The position numbers and the translations under genes were made by a program. From the NCBI GenBank assembly GCA_023428915.1, contig JAEYWL010000062.1:18274-82273 (forward strand): 64,000 bases of DNA, written 5' to 3'. Below, one piece after another: positions 1 to 10,183 of the stretch. Under the pieces are notes generated by a model. That model had not been told where the DNA came from and made no database searches. It saw nothing but the letters and a program-made list of their open reading frames with translations. Origin of the DNA: Verrucomicrobiota bacterium. Its GTDB lineage: Bacteria; Chlamydiota; Chlamydiia; Chlamydiales; JAEYWL01. Positions within the stretch are counted from its first letter, which is position 1. Every line of letters begins with the position of its first letter.

Positions 1-244
1 TAATAGAAACCTGCCGCACTATCTCTTTAAGTTTTGAAATATGCTGGTCGAAATTTGCACGTAATTCTGGATGAAGACTGACAATCAGAGCTCTCGTTCT
101 TGCTATGGCCTCGCATTCTTGTTCAAGACTGCTTGCAATATTTTTGTTTAAATGAATTAATTCTTTGGCTTCTTCGCGATTTTGAGAAGGCAGCAGGCTT
201 GACCACAGACCAATATCTTGACTACGGTTATTTACAGAATCCAC
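1..244 (-). CDS. hypothetical protein, N-terminal ~81 codons only (gene runs off window start)
   Basis: Minus-strand frame is open from GTG (244..242) to position 1 (VDSVNNRSQDIGLWSSLLPSQNREEAKELIHLNKN...). GGAGAG Shine-Dalgarno-like motif at 248..253. No family recognised. Confidence 0.4.
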   Translation of the reverse strand, partial: MDSVNNRSQDIGLWSSLLPSQNREEAKELIHLNKNIASSLEQECEAIARTRALIVSLHPELRANFDQHISKLKEIVRQVSI

Positions 245-361
245 TTACTCTCCAAGTAAAATTTAATTGTTAATGTAATATTATTTATTATTAAGATTCA
301 TAAGGATATTATGATAATCAAAAAAATAAATGCAATGCTATTACAGAACTAAAAGTTATAT

Positions 362-1201
362 TTATAAAAGCTCATCATCTGGCTCTGGCTCGAAATCTTC
401 GAGCGCCTTAGTGCGTCGGCCGGCAATGACCCGGAATAGCGACAAGCACCAGGCCAAAATGACATAGGCCCAGGAAATAGCAAAAAAGACTGAAGAGAAG
501 TGGTGCAGGATGCCGTAAAAAATAAATACGGCCACAATAACCGTAATTAAAACAACTTGGAAAGTGGCGACGCGAAACTGCATGCGTTTGAGGCTGGGGA
601 ATTTCCAGCGGCTAATCATGAAATAGCCGATCAGCATTAGGGCGACGAATAGCACTAAGGCGCGATCATGGTCGCTGAGTTGAATGAATTTGGTAAAATC
701 ATTGCTGACCAAAAACATATTTAAAGACACGGCAGCAGCAGCTGCTGCTGGAATAGGCAGCCCGGTAAAATTTTTCTGGTTGGCTTGCTCCAACTCAACG
801 TTTTGTTTGGCATGCAAGGCCATCACATTGAAGCGCACCAGGCGCAACACTCCGCAAACCGTATACACAAGGCAAGCTGTCGTGATTAAAAAAGAGTAAA
901 TGGTGCCGGGGGCAACCGAAAGACTTTTCAAGATAATTACCGAAGGCGCCACTCCAAAGGTAATACCGTCCGCCAGGGAATCGAAAAGGCCGCCGAATTC
1001 GCTTTCTGCATTAAAGGCCCGGGCCACAGCCCCGTCGAGCAAGTCGAAAATTCCGGCCAGCAATAATAAGCCGGCAGTGACATAAAGCACAGACTGGTTG
1101 GCTTCGCCAACCTCAGTCATATTCAGTTTAAAAATTGCAAGCAGGCCGCAAGTGAGGCCGAATGCAGTTAATACGTTGGGGAGTAATTGAATTCTTTTCA
1201 T
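362..1201 (-). CDS. pssA: CDP-diacylglycerol--serine O-phosphatidyltransferase (CDP-alcohol phosphatidyltransferase family)
   Basis: Motif DLLDGAVARAFNAESEFGGLFDSLADG matches D-G-x2-A-R-x8-G-x3-D-x3-D. Multiple hydrophobic helices; 279 aa. Confidence 0.85.
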   Translation of the reverse strand: MKRIQLLPNVLTAFGLTCGLLAIFKLNMTEVGEANQSVLYVTAGLLLLAGIFDLLDGAVARAFNAESEFGGLFDSLADGITFGVAPSVIILKSLSVAPGTIYSFLITTACLVYTVCGVLRLVRFNVMALHAKQNVELEQANQKNFTGLPIPAAAAAAVSLNMFLVSNDFTKFIQLSDHDRALVLFVALMLIGYFMISRWKFPSLKRMQFRVATFQVVLITVIVAVFIFYGILHHFSSVFFAISWAYVILAWCLSLFRVIAGRRTKALEDFEPEPDDELL

Positions 1202-1234
1202 GCCGTTGATTATAAATAATTAGCGAAAAAAACG

Positions 1235-4189
1235 CTAAACAATCTCCAAATTTAACGAGGGGTACCCCTGAAGTCCCAGGAGCGGGTTTTCTTTTTCCAA
1301 TAATTCTTTACCGGCAAACACAATAGGCACGCCTGTTGAAATATTGCCGACGATATGCTTCATTACCGCCTCTTTTACTTCCTGGCTGGTCAGGGCCAAT
1401 AACCGATCACGGAAGGCTTGGCGGTTTTCTATTGTCCTGCCTTCCCGCCACCAGCCATAGGCCAGATCGCCGCGGCTTCCCGGCGCCACCGGTGAATCCA
1501 TGCCCTGAATCATCTCCAGCTTAGCTTCTTGAAGGTCCTCATCGTCAAAGCCTCCTTCAACAACGGTCTTTACGGCTTCGTCAAAGGCTTTAAGGGTTGC
1601 GGAAATGTTGGGGTCGCGGTAAGAATAAAAATAAAAAGTGCCCGCCATGGCATTATTAGAAGCCCCGCCGCCGTAGGCTCCGCCCTGCTCCCGAATACGG
1701 GTATGCAAAATCAGGTTATCAAATAAATGAGCAGCAACAGCCAGCGCAGGGGCATCGGGATGGGCATAAGAAATGGTGCTAAACACTTTTCCAATAAAGG
1801 AAACCGGGGAAGAAATAATTCTTCCTTGAGGGGCTAAAGGGGCCGGCTCATAATTTGCTTTCCAGGGCTCATACGCATTGGCTCTTAGCTCTTGCAGCCC
1901 GTAAAACCGCTCTGCAACCAGCCGATCGTACATCGGCCTTTCGCAAGTTAGCACTAAATGCGCACCCTCATTGCAAAGCAGCATTTTTTGCATTTGCTGC
2001 AGCTTAGCCGTTAACCGGTCGACATGCTCTTCAAAATTGAGCGCAATTTCCCGCACCTTCCAAAAATACTGCAGGCCATACCAAGCGTTGGCAATCATGC
2101 CGGGCTGACTCAAGCCGGAAGATGAGAGATTGATCGCATAGCGCAGCGCATTCTGGTTAAGGCCGCTTTGCAAGCCGGTATAGTGCTTGAGCAGAATCTC
2201 TTTTAAGCGCGGCACGTCAGTGAAGTCAGGGGCTTCTGACATCTCTTTGAGCAGCTTAAAGAGATGGCTGGCTTTGCGATGCAAAGCTTTGCCTTTTAAA
2301 TGAAATGCCGGAGCATATTGCTCATGATTGGACGCCTGAAGGTTTAAGCTTAACGCCGCCCCTATCCCGCCTGTATTGCCATGCATATATTCAAGGTTGG
2401 CACTATAATCGCGCCCGCTGCAGCCCACCTGCGGCAATAAATTGGAAAAAAGCCGCGCATAAGGAAGATCTTCCGCCTTTATGGAAGGCATCGGGAAAAC
2501 AAGATCGGCATAAATGATTTCATTGGTAAAGCAGCTGTGCTGGAATACTTCTAAATTGCCCTTTTTCTCAGTTGCAAGCAGATAATGGCGGCTCTTCTTA
2601 GGCACATCCGCCAAAGTCACTGTCGGCAATACATCGACATTTTCTTCGCTTTGCTTTGCCTGGAACTCTGCCAGCTCTGCACTTTTATGCAGGATGGCTT
2701 CCACTTGCCCGGGAGTTAAAGTCTTCTGCAATTGTTCGACAATAGCCTTTTCTTCTGCCAACTCTTTTGCGTCCAATGTTGGATCAGGCTTCATGACTAT
2801 GCGTACAAAATGCTGGTTTTCCAGCAGATGCTTCACTATCAACCCCTCCAAGAAGCGGGGGTCTTCCCGCAATTGGATGCGCAGCTGCTCAAAGTGGGTA
2901 TGGATCATCAATCCATCTTCAGGCATGCCGCCATGCTGCTTCAACAGGCAGGAACGCATAAATAATGACAAGCCGAAAGGGGAGCTATCCCCTGTAATTT
3001 CACTGCGATAGAATTCCAGCTGGTGCATCGCATTATCGATAAGCTGCTTTGGGATACCTTCTTCAACGACCTGGCGCAAAGTATTCTTGATCACAGCCTC
3101 CAGGGCATTGCCATCTTCCGGTTCACACCCTTTTGCCACAATCACAAAGGGCACTTCGCTAATTTCGGCTTCCAGATAGCTGTAAGTTTGCTTGCATAAT
3201 CCCGATTTCAGCAGGGCTTTTTTTAAAGGGGAGGCATCGGTGTCCATCAAAGCAATTTCGATCACATTTATAGCCAGCAGTTCAAGCTGCTCTAAAATAT
3301 GGCAGGTGAGCCAGGCAAACGCGACCATCGTTTTACTGGCAGGATCTTCTTCAGGAGAAATCGGGTAAGTAAGCTCGCGATAGACCGGCGCAATAAACCT
3401 TTTTTGCAAAGGGATGGCAGGCAAGGCAGGCACTGCCTCAACATGATCCAATAAATGTTCAGAAATAAAATCCAGGTGCCCCCTAATAGGCAGATTTCCA
3501 TAGAAGAAAAACAGGCAGCGGCTGGGATGGTAGAATTTTGCATGAAAGGCTTTCAGCTCTTCATAGCTCAGGGCAGGAATGACCCTGGGTTCGCCGCCGG
3601 AATTGTGCCCATAAGTCAGATCGGGAAATAGCTGCTGATTGATCGCCTCATTTAATCTGGAAGTCCCTGAAGCCATCACCCCTTTCATTTCATTGAACAC
3701 TATTCCCTTATATTCCAGGGGCGAATTGGGATCTGACGGATTAGTGTACTCCAGGCGCCAGCCTTCCTGCATAAAACTGAGCTCATTGAGCAAAGGATGG
3801 AACACAGCATCGAGGTAAACCTCGAGCAAGTTATAAAAATCTTTCGGCACTTGCGACGAGGCCGGGTAGCAGGTAAAGTCGGAACCGGTCAAGGCGTTCA
3901 TGAAGGTATTTAAACTGCGCCGGTTCATGGCAAAAAAAGGATCTTTGACCGGAAATTTCTTAGAGCCGCACAACACCGTATGTTCTAAAATGTGGGCCAC
4001 CCCGTTGGAACTTTCCGGCAAAGTCTGCAGCGACAAACAGAAAAGGTTCTCAGGGTCTTCATTAGCTATGTGCAGGACACGCGCACCTGTCGGCTCATGA
4101 ATGAGTTCCACCAGAAAGCTTTGCAGTTCAATGATCGGTAAAGCTTTTATGATTTTAAAATTGCGGTATGTTGATCCAATCTGCTCCAA
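1235..4189 (-). CDS. M16-family zinc metallopeptidase, PreP/insulinase-like (M16C)
   Basis: Inverted zinc motif HILEH (HxxEH) near the N-terminus. The 984-aa four-domain length is typical of PreP-like peptidases. Confidence 0.85.
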   Translation of the reverse strand: MEQIGSTYRNFKIIKALPIIELQSFLVELIHEPTGARVLHIANEDPENLFCLSLQTLPESSNGVAHILEHTVLCGSKKFPVKDPFFAMNRRSLNTFMNALTGSDFTCYPASSQVPKDFYNLLEVYLDAVFHPLLNELSFMQEGWRLEYTNPSDPNSPLEYKGIVFNEMKGVMASGTSRLNEAINQQLFPDLTYGHNSGGEPRVIPALSYEELKAFHAKFYHPSRCLFFFYGNLPIRGHLDFISEHLLDHVEAVPALPAIPLQKRFIAPVYRELTYPISPEEDPASKTMVAFAWLTCHILEQLELLAINVIEIALMDTDASPLKKALLKSGLCKQTYSYLEAEISEVPFVIVAKGCEPEDGNALEAVIKNTLRQVVEEGIPKQLIDNAMHQLEFYRSEITGDSSPFGLSLFMRSCLLKQHGGMPEDGLMIHTHFEQLRIQLREDPRFLEGLIVKHLLENQHFVRIVMKPDPTLDAKELAEEKAIVEQLQKTLTPGQVEAILHKSAELAEFQAKQSEENVDVLPTVTLADVPKKSRHYLLATEKKGNLEVFQHSCFTNEIIYADLVFPMPSIKAEDLPYARLFSNLLPQVGCSGRDYSANLEYMHGNTGGIGAALSLNLQASNHEQYAPAFHLKGKALHRKASHLFKLLKEMSEAPDFTDVPRLKEILLKHYTGLQSGLNQNALRYAINLSSSGLSQPGMIANAWYGLQYFWKVREIALNFEEHVDRLTAKLQQMQKMLLCNEGAHLVLTCERPMYDRLVAERFYGLQELRANAYEPWKANYEPAPLAPQGRIISSPVSFIGKVFSTISYAHPDAPALAVAAHLFDNLILHTRIREQGGAYGGGASNNAMAGTFYFYSYRDPNISATLKAFDEAVKTVVEGGFDDEDLQEAKLEMIQGMDSPVAPGSRGDLAYGWWREGRTIENRQAFRDRLLALTSQEVKEAVMKHIVGNISTGVPIVFAGKELLEKENPLLGLQGYPSLNLEIV

Positions 4190-4305
4190 ACGAAATCCTC
4201 TTTAAATTAATCAGCTATTATAAGATAGCAGTCCAGGTCTATGCTAGCCGATCCCCTCCATTATTGCAATCCTAACAGACTCTTCCCTCATTCCCATCCC
4301 TTGCC

Positions 4306-4429
4306 CGTGCCCGAAATACCGGCGAAGCCGGTACAGCATGTACCCCCATCCAAGCGAAGGAGCTCTGCGACTGAGCGCAGCTTGGGGTAAGAATTGCACA
4401 AGATTTGAGCCGTGAACACGGCGACAGAA
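4306..4429. repeat. ~125-bp repeat copy A, directly 3' of the tnpA stop codon
   Basis: Near-identical (a few mismatches, one 1-nt indel) to 5070..5195 in the same orientation. Contains short hairpins CCGGCGAAGCCGG, CTGCGACTGAGCGCAG and GCCGTGAACACGGC. Confidence 0.9.
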
Positions 4430-4894
4430 TTAGCCGTAATGTTCAGCTTCAAATAGATATCGGCGTTCAAAGTTGATGTCATGTAACTCTAGAAATTTAA
4501 TATACTCTTCCTCAAATGTCCTGGTTTGATGATGCTCCTGTTGATTTTGAATGTAATGACGAACTAATTCTATTTGAGAATAGCTGACTGAAAATGCTCC
4601 ATATCCTTTTTGCCATTCAAATCGACTCTTTTGACCCAACAACCCATTGCTCCATTTCGATGCATTGGCTTTGATTTCTCTAATTGAATCTGAAATAGCT
4701 TTTGTAGGAGATAGGTTTACTAACAAATGAACATGATCCTCAACCCCACCAATTTCCATAAGATAGCCATTTTGTGCACGAATAATTCCTCCAATATATT
4801 CATAGAGTTTTTTTTGCAACGCAGGTTGAATTAATGGATGACGATATTTTGTGCTAAATACCACATGATATGTCAGTTTGGTGAATGTGCTCAT
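4430..4894 (-). CDS. tnpA: IS200/IS605-family Y1 (HUH) transposase / REP-associated tyrosine transposase-like
   Basis: HUH motif in EDHVHLLVN and C-terminal catalytic Tyr region (VRHYIQNQQEHH). 154 aa with the typical YHVVFSTKYR N-terminus. Confidence 0.85.
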   Translation of the reverse strand: MSTFTKLTYHVVFSTKYRHPLIQPALQKKLYEYIGGIIRAQNGYLMEIGGVEDHVHLLVNLSPTKAISDSIREIKANASKWSNGLLGQKSRFEWQKGYGAFSVSYSQIELVRHYIQNQQEHHQTRTFEEEYIKFLELHDINFERRYLFEAEHYG

Positions 4895-5069
4895 AAATCT
4901 TTTCCTGTCGCAGCTACGCAGCTTGCAAATGTTTTTTTACTATACCACAGGCTCACGCCTGTGGCTACATGCTTCCGCCGCTTATCGCGGCTCTATTAAT
5001 AACCTTAGAATCTTGAAGCTCATGCAAATAAACTCAAAACGCAGTTTTATATCCATATTTTTTCACACT

Positions 5070-5195
5070 CGTGCCCGGAAAACCGGCGAAGCCGGTACAG
5101 CATGTAGCCCCATGCAAGCGAAGGAGCTCTGCGACTGAGCGCAGCTTGGGGTAAGAATTGCACAAAGATTTGAGCCGTGAACACGGCGACAGAAA
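5070..5195. repeat. ~125-bp repeat copy B, directly 3' of the dipeptidase stop codon
   Basis: Direct-orientation copy of 4306..4429. It ends one base before the stop codon of the 5196..6221 gene. Confidence 0.9.
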
Positions 5196-6221
5196 TCAAC
5201 GAGGAAGCTGGGCAAAATAATGGCGGTGGAGGAAGGCCAGCGCATTGCCATTGGCGATTTTACGCAGCTGGGCCTCGGGCAGCTTAAGTTTTTGCTGCAT
5301 GACGCCTAAAAGAGCGGGATAAACGCTGGCATCCTTGAGGTCTTCGCTGAAAAATGGCCCATGCCGCTGCGATTCAGGCGGCAAATCAGGCTCGTAGAAA
5401 AAATCAGCCCCGAAGCTTAGGTGTTCATGGGCCCGCATAGTTAAGCCATGGGCCACATGCCTGAGAAAAGAGTCAATGCCTTGAGGGCCTACAAAAGAGC
5501 GGATAAAATTGAGGCCGATAAGCCCCCTGTGTTCAAGCAATTCCCTCACCAAGCAGTCCGGCATATTGCGCGGCACGTCTGCTGCCTGGCGAAAGTTGGA
5601 GTGGCTGGCCATGACGGGAATCTGCAGCTGCCGCCTGTCGATATAAGATAACAGCTCGCCGGCCAGCTCGTCGGAAGCATGGCTTAAATCAACGGCAATC
5701 CCTCGTGCATCCAGATAGTCGAGCAGCTTACAGCCATCCGGCTTAAGTCCTGTTTTACTATGGACTCCCCCGCCAAAACGGTTTTCCTCATTCCAGGTCA
5801 AACCGATATAAAGGGGGCGTTCCTGCTGCCTTATTGCCAGCTCCAGCCTTTCCATTCCCTGGCTGAACGGCTCATGCTCTAACCAAAACAAGGAGGCGTT
5901 TTCTACCGCCCAAAGCAAGCGTATTTTAGGCTGTTCAAATAAAGACTCTAATTGCCACCTGCTGGTAAGCGCTTCATAGTGCTCAGCATATTTCTGGAGA
6001 ATTTTTTGATAACAGGCCAGCTGGGCAGCGCCGCGGCGCACTGATTCCTCTCCTGTGGTTGTGAAATGTGCCATGACTTGCAATTTCACCCCTCCGGCTT
6101 GGTGCTGCGGCAAAGCACAACGGGACTGCAGGTCAAGAGGCGTCCGGTTAGGATCGCGCTGCAAATAGAGCAATAAGTCGCAATGCAGGTCTATAACGGG
6201 AATTGATAGCTTAGGGTTCAT
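5196..6221 (-). CDS. membrane dipeptidase (peptidase M19 family)
   Basis: M19-like motifs VIDLHCDLL, VDLSHASD, ASHSNFR and FGADFF. 341 aa. Confidence 0.75.
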   Translation of the reverse strand: MNPKLSIPVIDLHCDLLLYLQRDPNRTPLDLQSRCALPQHQAGGVKLQVMAHFTTTGEESVRRGAAQLACYQKILQKYAEHYEALTSRWQLESLFEQPKIRLLWAVENASLFWLEHEPFSQGMERLELAIRQQERPLYIGLTWNEENRFGGGVHSKTGLKPDGCKLLDYLDARGIAVDLSHASDELAGELLSYIDRRQLQIPVMASHSNFRQAADVPRNMPDCLVRELLEHRGLIGLNFIRSFVGPQGIDSFLRHVAHGLTMRAHEHLSFGADFFYEPDLPPESQRHGPFFSEDLKDASVYPALLGVMQQKLKLPEAQLRKIANGNALAFLHRHYFAQLPR

Positions 6222-7104
6222 AACGGCTTAATACCTCTTGCTGGCCCTTGGAAGCATCAGCATCGCCTCTGGCAATGCGCAGCTCCCCCCACTTATGGCC
6301 GCGATAATAAGCCCAATAATAGACGATGCGGCGAAATGGAAGCAACCAGATGCCGCGCCATTCTTTATGTTTAATGTAATAGCATAGATCGGAAAAAGTG
6401 GAACCGGCTATGCGCCGGCAAATATGCCAAAAACTGACCGGCTTCCTGTAGATAAAGGCGTCAGCTTCGCCCTCTACAAACTTTCTGCCATACAATTGCT
6501 TGAAAGTATAATTATGCGAATGAATAGCCTGCGCTTCCGGCACGTACACAATGCGCCGCCCCGTTTGCCTGGCCCAATGCCCCCATTCGGTATCTTCTGA
6601 AGCCCAGGCAAGTTCATAAAAAGGGCGCTGCCGCCAAACAGAGAGGCGCATGGCAGCCAATGGCAGCGACCATTCCATCCAAGCGGGAGCCTCTCCGGCA
6701 GGAAATGAAGCCGCATAGTCTTTGCGCACCCAGGGCTCGGCGTCTGCCCGGGGCAGCTGCCGCGCGTAGGCAGCTGCTACATCAGGATCTTCAAAGGGCT
6801 TCAAGAGGTTTTCTAAAGCTTCAGGATGGTTCAAAACCGTGTCGGAGTTCAAAAAAATTACAACCCCGCTTTCTACACCGCGCAGGGCCTCATTCAATAC
6901 TTTACCCGGAAAATAAGCCTGAGCGGGAATCGTTATAATGACAGCCCCAAAACCGGCGGCAATCTCCCGCGTCCTGTCAGTCGAACTAGAATCGATCAGC
7001 AGGAGCCGGTAATCGCGCAAGGTTTGCTGCTGCAGCGCTTCCAACGCCTGTCTTATCGTCGCCTCACTATTTTTACTGCGCATGAGGATCGTGATCATCT
7101 GCAT
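6211..7104 (-). CDS. family 2 glycosyltransferase
   Basis: N-terminal GT-A pattern (ITILMRSKNSEATIRQALEAL...LLLIDSSSTDRT) and a later FLNSDT acidic motif. Overlaps the downstream dipeptidase gene by 11 nt. Confidence 0.75.
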   Translation of the reverse strand: MQMITILMRSKNSEATIRQALEALQQQTLRDYRLLLIDSSSTDRTREIAAGFGAVIITIPAQAYFPGKVLNEALRGVESGVVIFLNSDTVLNHPEALENLLKPFEDPDVAAAYARQLPRADAEPWVRKDYAASFPAGEAPAWMEWSLPLAAMRLSVWRQRPFYELAWASEDTEWGHWARQTGRRIVYVPEAQAIHSHNYTFKQLYGRKFVEGEADAFIYRKPVSFWHICRRIAGSTFSDLCYYIKHKEWRGIWLLPFRRIVYYWAYYRGHKWGELRIARGDADASKGQQEVLSRYEP

Positions 7105-7109
7105 AAATT

Positions 7110-10082
7110 CTAGGCGGCTTGTTGTCTTGGTTCAAGATCTTCTAACTTTGCTCCTGGCACACTTATATCTGGGTGATTTAAAGCAAATATCGCACGATTG
7201 TAATTATCAATAGATTGCTCAACAAATTTTTTTGCTGCTTGCTCTAATTTATTAAACTCTTCATCCGAAAACACTTTTAGGGTATTTTTTAACGTTTCCA
7301 CAGAGACTGTTGCTCCACTCGCTTTTAATTGACTCGTCATATAGTCTTCAACAAAAGCTATAGCAACGTGCGTCTTTCCAACTGAGGGTTCAGAAATAAA
7401 ACTTAAATCAAGATCAATGTCAAAATTGATTTTTTTGTTATTTTTCGATAATTCCACATGCCTTTTTCCATTTACAAAAGGACGTAAACGCTCTGTTTGA
7501 TTCCCGTTTGAGGTTTCAATCCATTCGCTTTTATAACTGAATCCCCCCGAAGCAGCTTTCATAAAACCATGCTCATCTATCAATTCAGGGTTAAGTACAT
7601 TATTGAAATGCCTGTCTATTGGCCCTTCAGAAGTTAAAGTTACACCAGTTTGCTCCTTAGTCAGAGTCAATAACTTTCCAAATTCAGCCTTAAGCTCCTG
7701 AGGAGGAGTATTGTTTAAAAGTGCTGTCTGCATAGAGTCTGTAATGGCTTGAAAGTTTTCCTGATAACTTAACAGTATAGCGTTTACAGAAAAATCCTTG
7801 CTTGCTCTCATGGCATCAGAATCATCCGGGTTAAAATTTGCAAAATACGTGGCAACCCTTTGGGCTCGTTCCTCTAAAGATGCAGGTGGACGCATGTCTA
7901 CAAATGTGCCGGAGGCATACATGTTTACTATTTGCTGCTCTGTATTAGCCAATTCATTTAAAAAATCATCAAGCACTATGGCAAATACACTATCCATTTC
8001 CACACATCTAATTAATTTCTGAAGCTCTTCAGGGGAATTAAAGGCTGGCGCCAAGAATGGAGAGCCCAATTTGCCCACTATCAGGTCCTTTGATTGTAAA
8101 TCAGCCTCTTGTTTTAAAGCAGTAAAAGCCTTTTCAATAAAGGCATCAACAGCTTTTCCAGATTCACTATTTTGCAACCCTGAATTATTAAGATTAACTG
8201 CCATGTCAACTAAGGCTATTGCTACTTGCTGCATATCTTCTTTAGAGACTGCCTCTTGATACTTAGCAAAGTTTTCTGCGATGTTAGGCGAAGACCTAAA
8301 AATTTCGTTAAAACTTTCTTTTTTTATCGCTTCTTTTATTTCGGGTGTCGCAAATTTAGATACAAGTTGACCAAATTTTTCAACAGCCGCCGTGCCATCA
8401 CTAATTACTTTTTCGTCGGCTTTAGTTTTTTCTTCCATTTTTGTTTTAACCGCTCGGTGGTAATCTTCTAAGATTTTTTTTGAATCTGGGTCAAGCAATG
8501 AAAGCATGCTTTCTAACTTGGTATTTACATTTTTTATTACATTGGCATTTGGATTTTTTAAATACGTTATAGACGTCATGTACTCATTAAAGGCCCGCTG
8601 TGCTTTAGGGTCCCTCATTAGTTTTTTTCCTATTTGAGCAATATCAAGGCGAGCATCTGAAGCTTGCAGCATTAAAAGCCCTTCACGCATTTTTTTATAA
8701 CCTCTACTCTCAGAAAAAGCTACAAGAGGCCCCTCTGCACCAAATAGGTTAAAATCGCCTTCTTTTTTAATAATAGCAACATAACCCTCCGAAACATTAA
8801 TAGCGTCTTTCATAGAAAGACCCTCTCCTCCTTTCACCATTTGTTTAAATAAAGGGAGTAAATCGGGGTTTGCTAAGAAAAACTGCACAAGTTTATGCAC
8901 CTGCTCTTGTGAAAACAAATTATCTGTATTGACTTCTTGAATGACACTGATCACATTCAAAACAAGTTTTACATCGTAATTTTTTTCTTTTAAGTTATTT
9001 TCTTCATTAAAGCTGGTCAAAATCCCAATGTTATTTTCAAACTTATTCCTGATATCTAAGTCATTTAAATCCAATCCTAAACCTTTTGCTAAACGGTTTT
9101 CCGATTCTCTTTGATCGACAAGATCTAACACTAAATTTTTTAATCCATTGTCATCAAAATGATGCACCTTCTGAATATCTATAAATGAGCTTTTTGTTTT
9201 TTGAATAAATGTTTCAATCATAGTATTTTCTCTCGGAACTTCATGCGCCCGAACTAAGGAGACTAAGGGCTGCCTTTTTTGATCGATAACATTTAAACCA
9301 TTCTTTGGGTTTAGATGAGCAAGAGGGGCATTTGCCCCGGTAAAAAGCTCTGGTAAAGTTCCTTTGAGATGTTCATAATATTTATTGAAGTTATGGCTAT
9401 CTTGACTGGTAATGCCTTTTTTTCCATATTTAAGCAGCCCTGTTAAGCTATCTTTAACAGCTTTGTCCTGTAATTTCTGATAATTTCCTGGTATATTAAA
9501 AAAATTATTTAAACCCTTCACCTGTGAATCGTTAAGGGATTTACCATAGTCAATAGCGCGAAGCTCTTTTGAGACAAATGACCTTCGAATAAAACGGCCA
9601 ATAGGGCCTAGGCTATCCCAATTATATGCCTTTTTTGCTGGTTTCTGATTTGTAAGGACGACTCTATCGCTCTCAGCCACAGGTTTTGTTTCCATAGTTT
9701 TTAGCGGCTGGACGGTCTTAAGAATTAAAGGACCAAGGGTAGCAAAACTTTGCAAATAATCGACGATTTGAGAAATAGAGGAATCTGTTTCTCCGCTATC
9801 TGCTTGAAAGGCAAGTGTTTTTATCGCTTCTCCCACCTGCACGTGAACTACTCCTTCTTTTAAGGAAACTTTTGCCTCTGGGTTTTCCTTGCTCAGATTT
9901 TCACTTAAAAACTCCTGCACTCCTTCCTTAGCCAGGAATTTTTGCACAGTATTATCTCCACCAGCACCACCCAAAAAAGTATAGTCTATGCCGTTGTGCT
10001 CTACTCTTTGCTGAATCCTTTTTGGTTGTGCAGGTTGATTAGGCAATGCTTTTGGACTAATGTTTATTGGGGATGCTTCCAT
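7110..10082 (-). CDS. large hypothetical protein (orphan 1, ~990 aa), no signal peptide
   Basis: Long uninterrupted ORF. Preferred start is ATG at 10082 (MEASPINISPK...) with AGGAGA 4-5 nt upstream, rather than the GTG at 10103. No TM segment or recognised catalytic motif. Confidence 0.8.
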   Translation of the reverse strand: MEASPINISPKALPNQPAQPKRIQQRVEHNGIDYTFLGGAGGDNTVQKFLAKEGVQEFLSENLSKENPEAKVSLKEGVVHVQVGEAIKTLAFQADSGETDSSISQIVDYLQSFATLGPLILKTVQPLKTMETKPVAESDRVVLTNQKPAKKAYNWDSLGPIGRFIRRSFVSKELRAIDYGKSLNDSQVKGLNNFFNIPGNYQKLQDKAVKDSLTGLLKYGKKGITSQDSHNFNKYYEHLKGTLPELFTGANAPLAHLNPKNGLNVIDQKRQPLVSLVRAHEVPRENTMIETFIQKTKSSFIDIQKVHHFDDNGLKNLVLDLVDQRESENRLAKGLGLDLNDLDIRNKFENNIGILTSFNEENNLKEKNYDVKLVLNVISVIQEVNTDNLFSQEQVHKLVQFFLANPDLLPLFKQMVKGGEGLSMKDAINVSEGYVAIIKKEGDFNLFGAEGPLVAFSESRGYKKMREGLLMLQASDARLDIAQIGKKLMRDPKAQRAFNEYMTSITYLKNPNANVIKNVNTKLESMLSLLDPDSKKILEDYHRAVKTKMEEKTKADEKVISDGTAAVEKFGQLVSKFATPEIKEAIKKESFNEIFRSSPNIAENFAKYQEAVSKEDMQQVAIALVDMAVNLNNSGLQNSESGKAVDAFIEKAFTALKQEADLQSKDLIVGKLGSPFLAPAFNSPEELQKLIRCVEMDSVFAIVLDDFLNELANTEQQIVNMYASGTFVDMRPPASLEERAQRVATYFANFNPDDSDAMRASKDFSVNAILLSYQENFQAITDSMQTALLNNTPPQELKAEFGKLLTLTKEQTGVTLTSEGPIDRHFNNVLNPELIDEHGFMKAASGGFSYKSEWIETSNGNQTERLRPFVNGKRHVELSKNNKKINFDIDLDLSFISEPSVGKTHVAIAFVEDYMTSQLKASGATVSVETLKNTLKVFSDEEFNKLEQAAKKFVEQSIDNYNRAIFALNHPDISVPGAKLEDLEPRQQAA

Positions 10083-10183
10083 AATTTCTCCTATTGACTT
10101 CACCAGGAAGTCTCTTGGAAAGACTCAAAAAGGACTTCAAAAATATTGCTTGATTTTTCGATTAACTTGTCCTTTTAGTAATT

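Larger units (their letters stand above)
4306..5195 (-). mobile_element. IS200/RAYT-like unit: tnpA bracketed by two ~125-bp direct repeats with an internal perfect hairpin
   Basis: Repeat A (4306..4429), tnpA, perfect hairpin CCACAGGC-tcac-GCCTGTGG (4935..4954) upstream of tnpA, then repeat B (5070..5195). True element boundaries are uncertain. Confidence 0.6.

Noticed and set aside
4288-5251. ORFs 4288..4482 (-) and 5063..5251 (-) predicted through the 125-bp repeats
   Set aside because: Both run through the non-coding hairpin-rich repeat copies and overlap the 3' ends of real genes. Their similarity to each other reflects only the DNA repeat.
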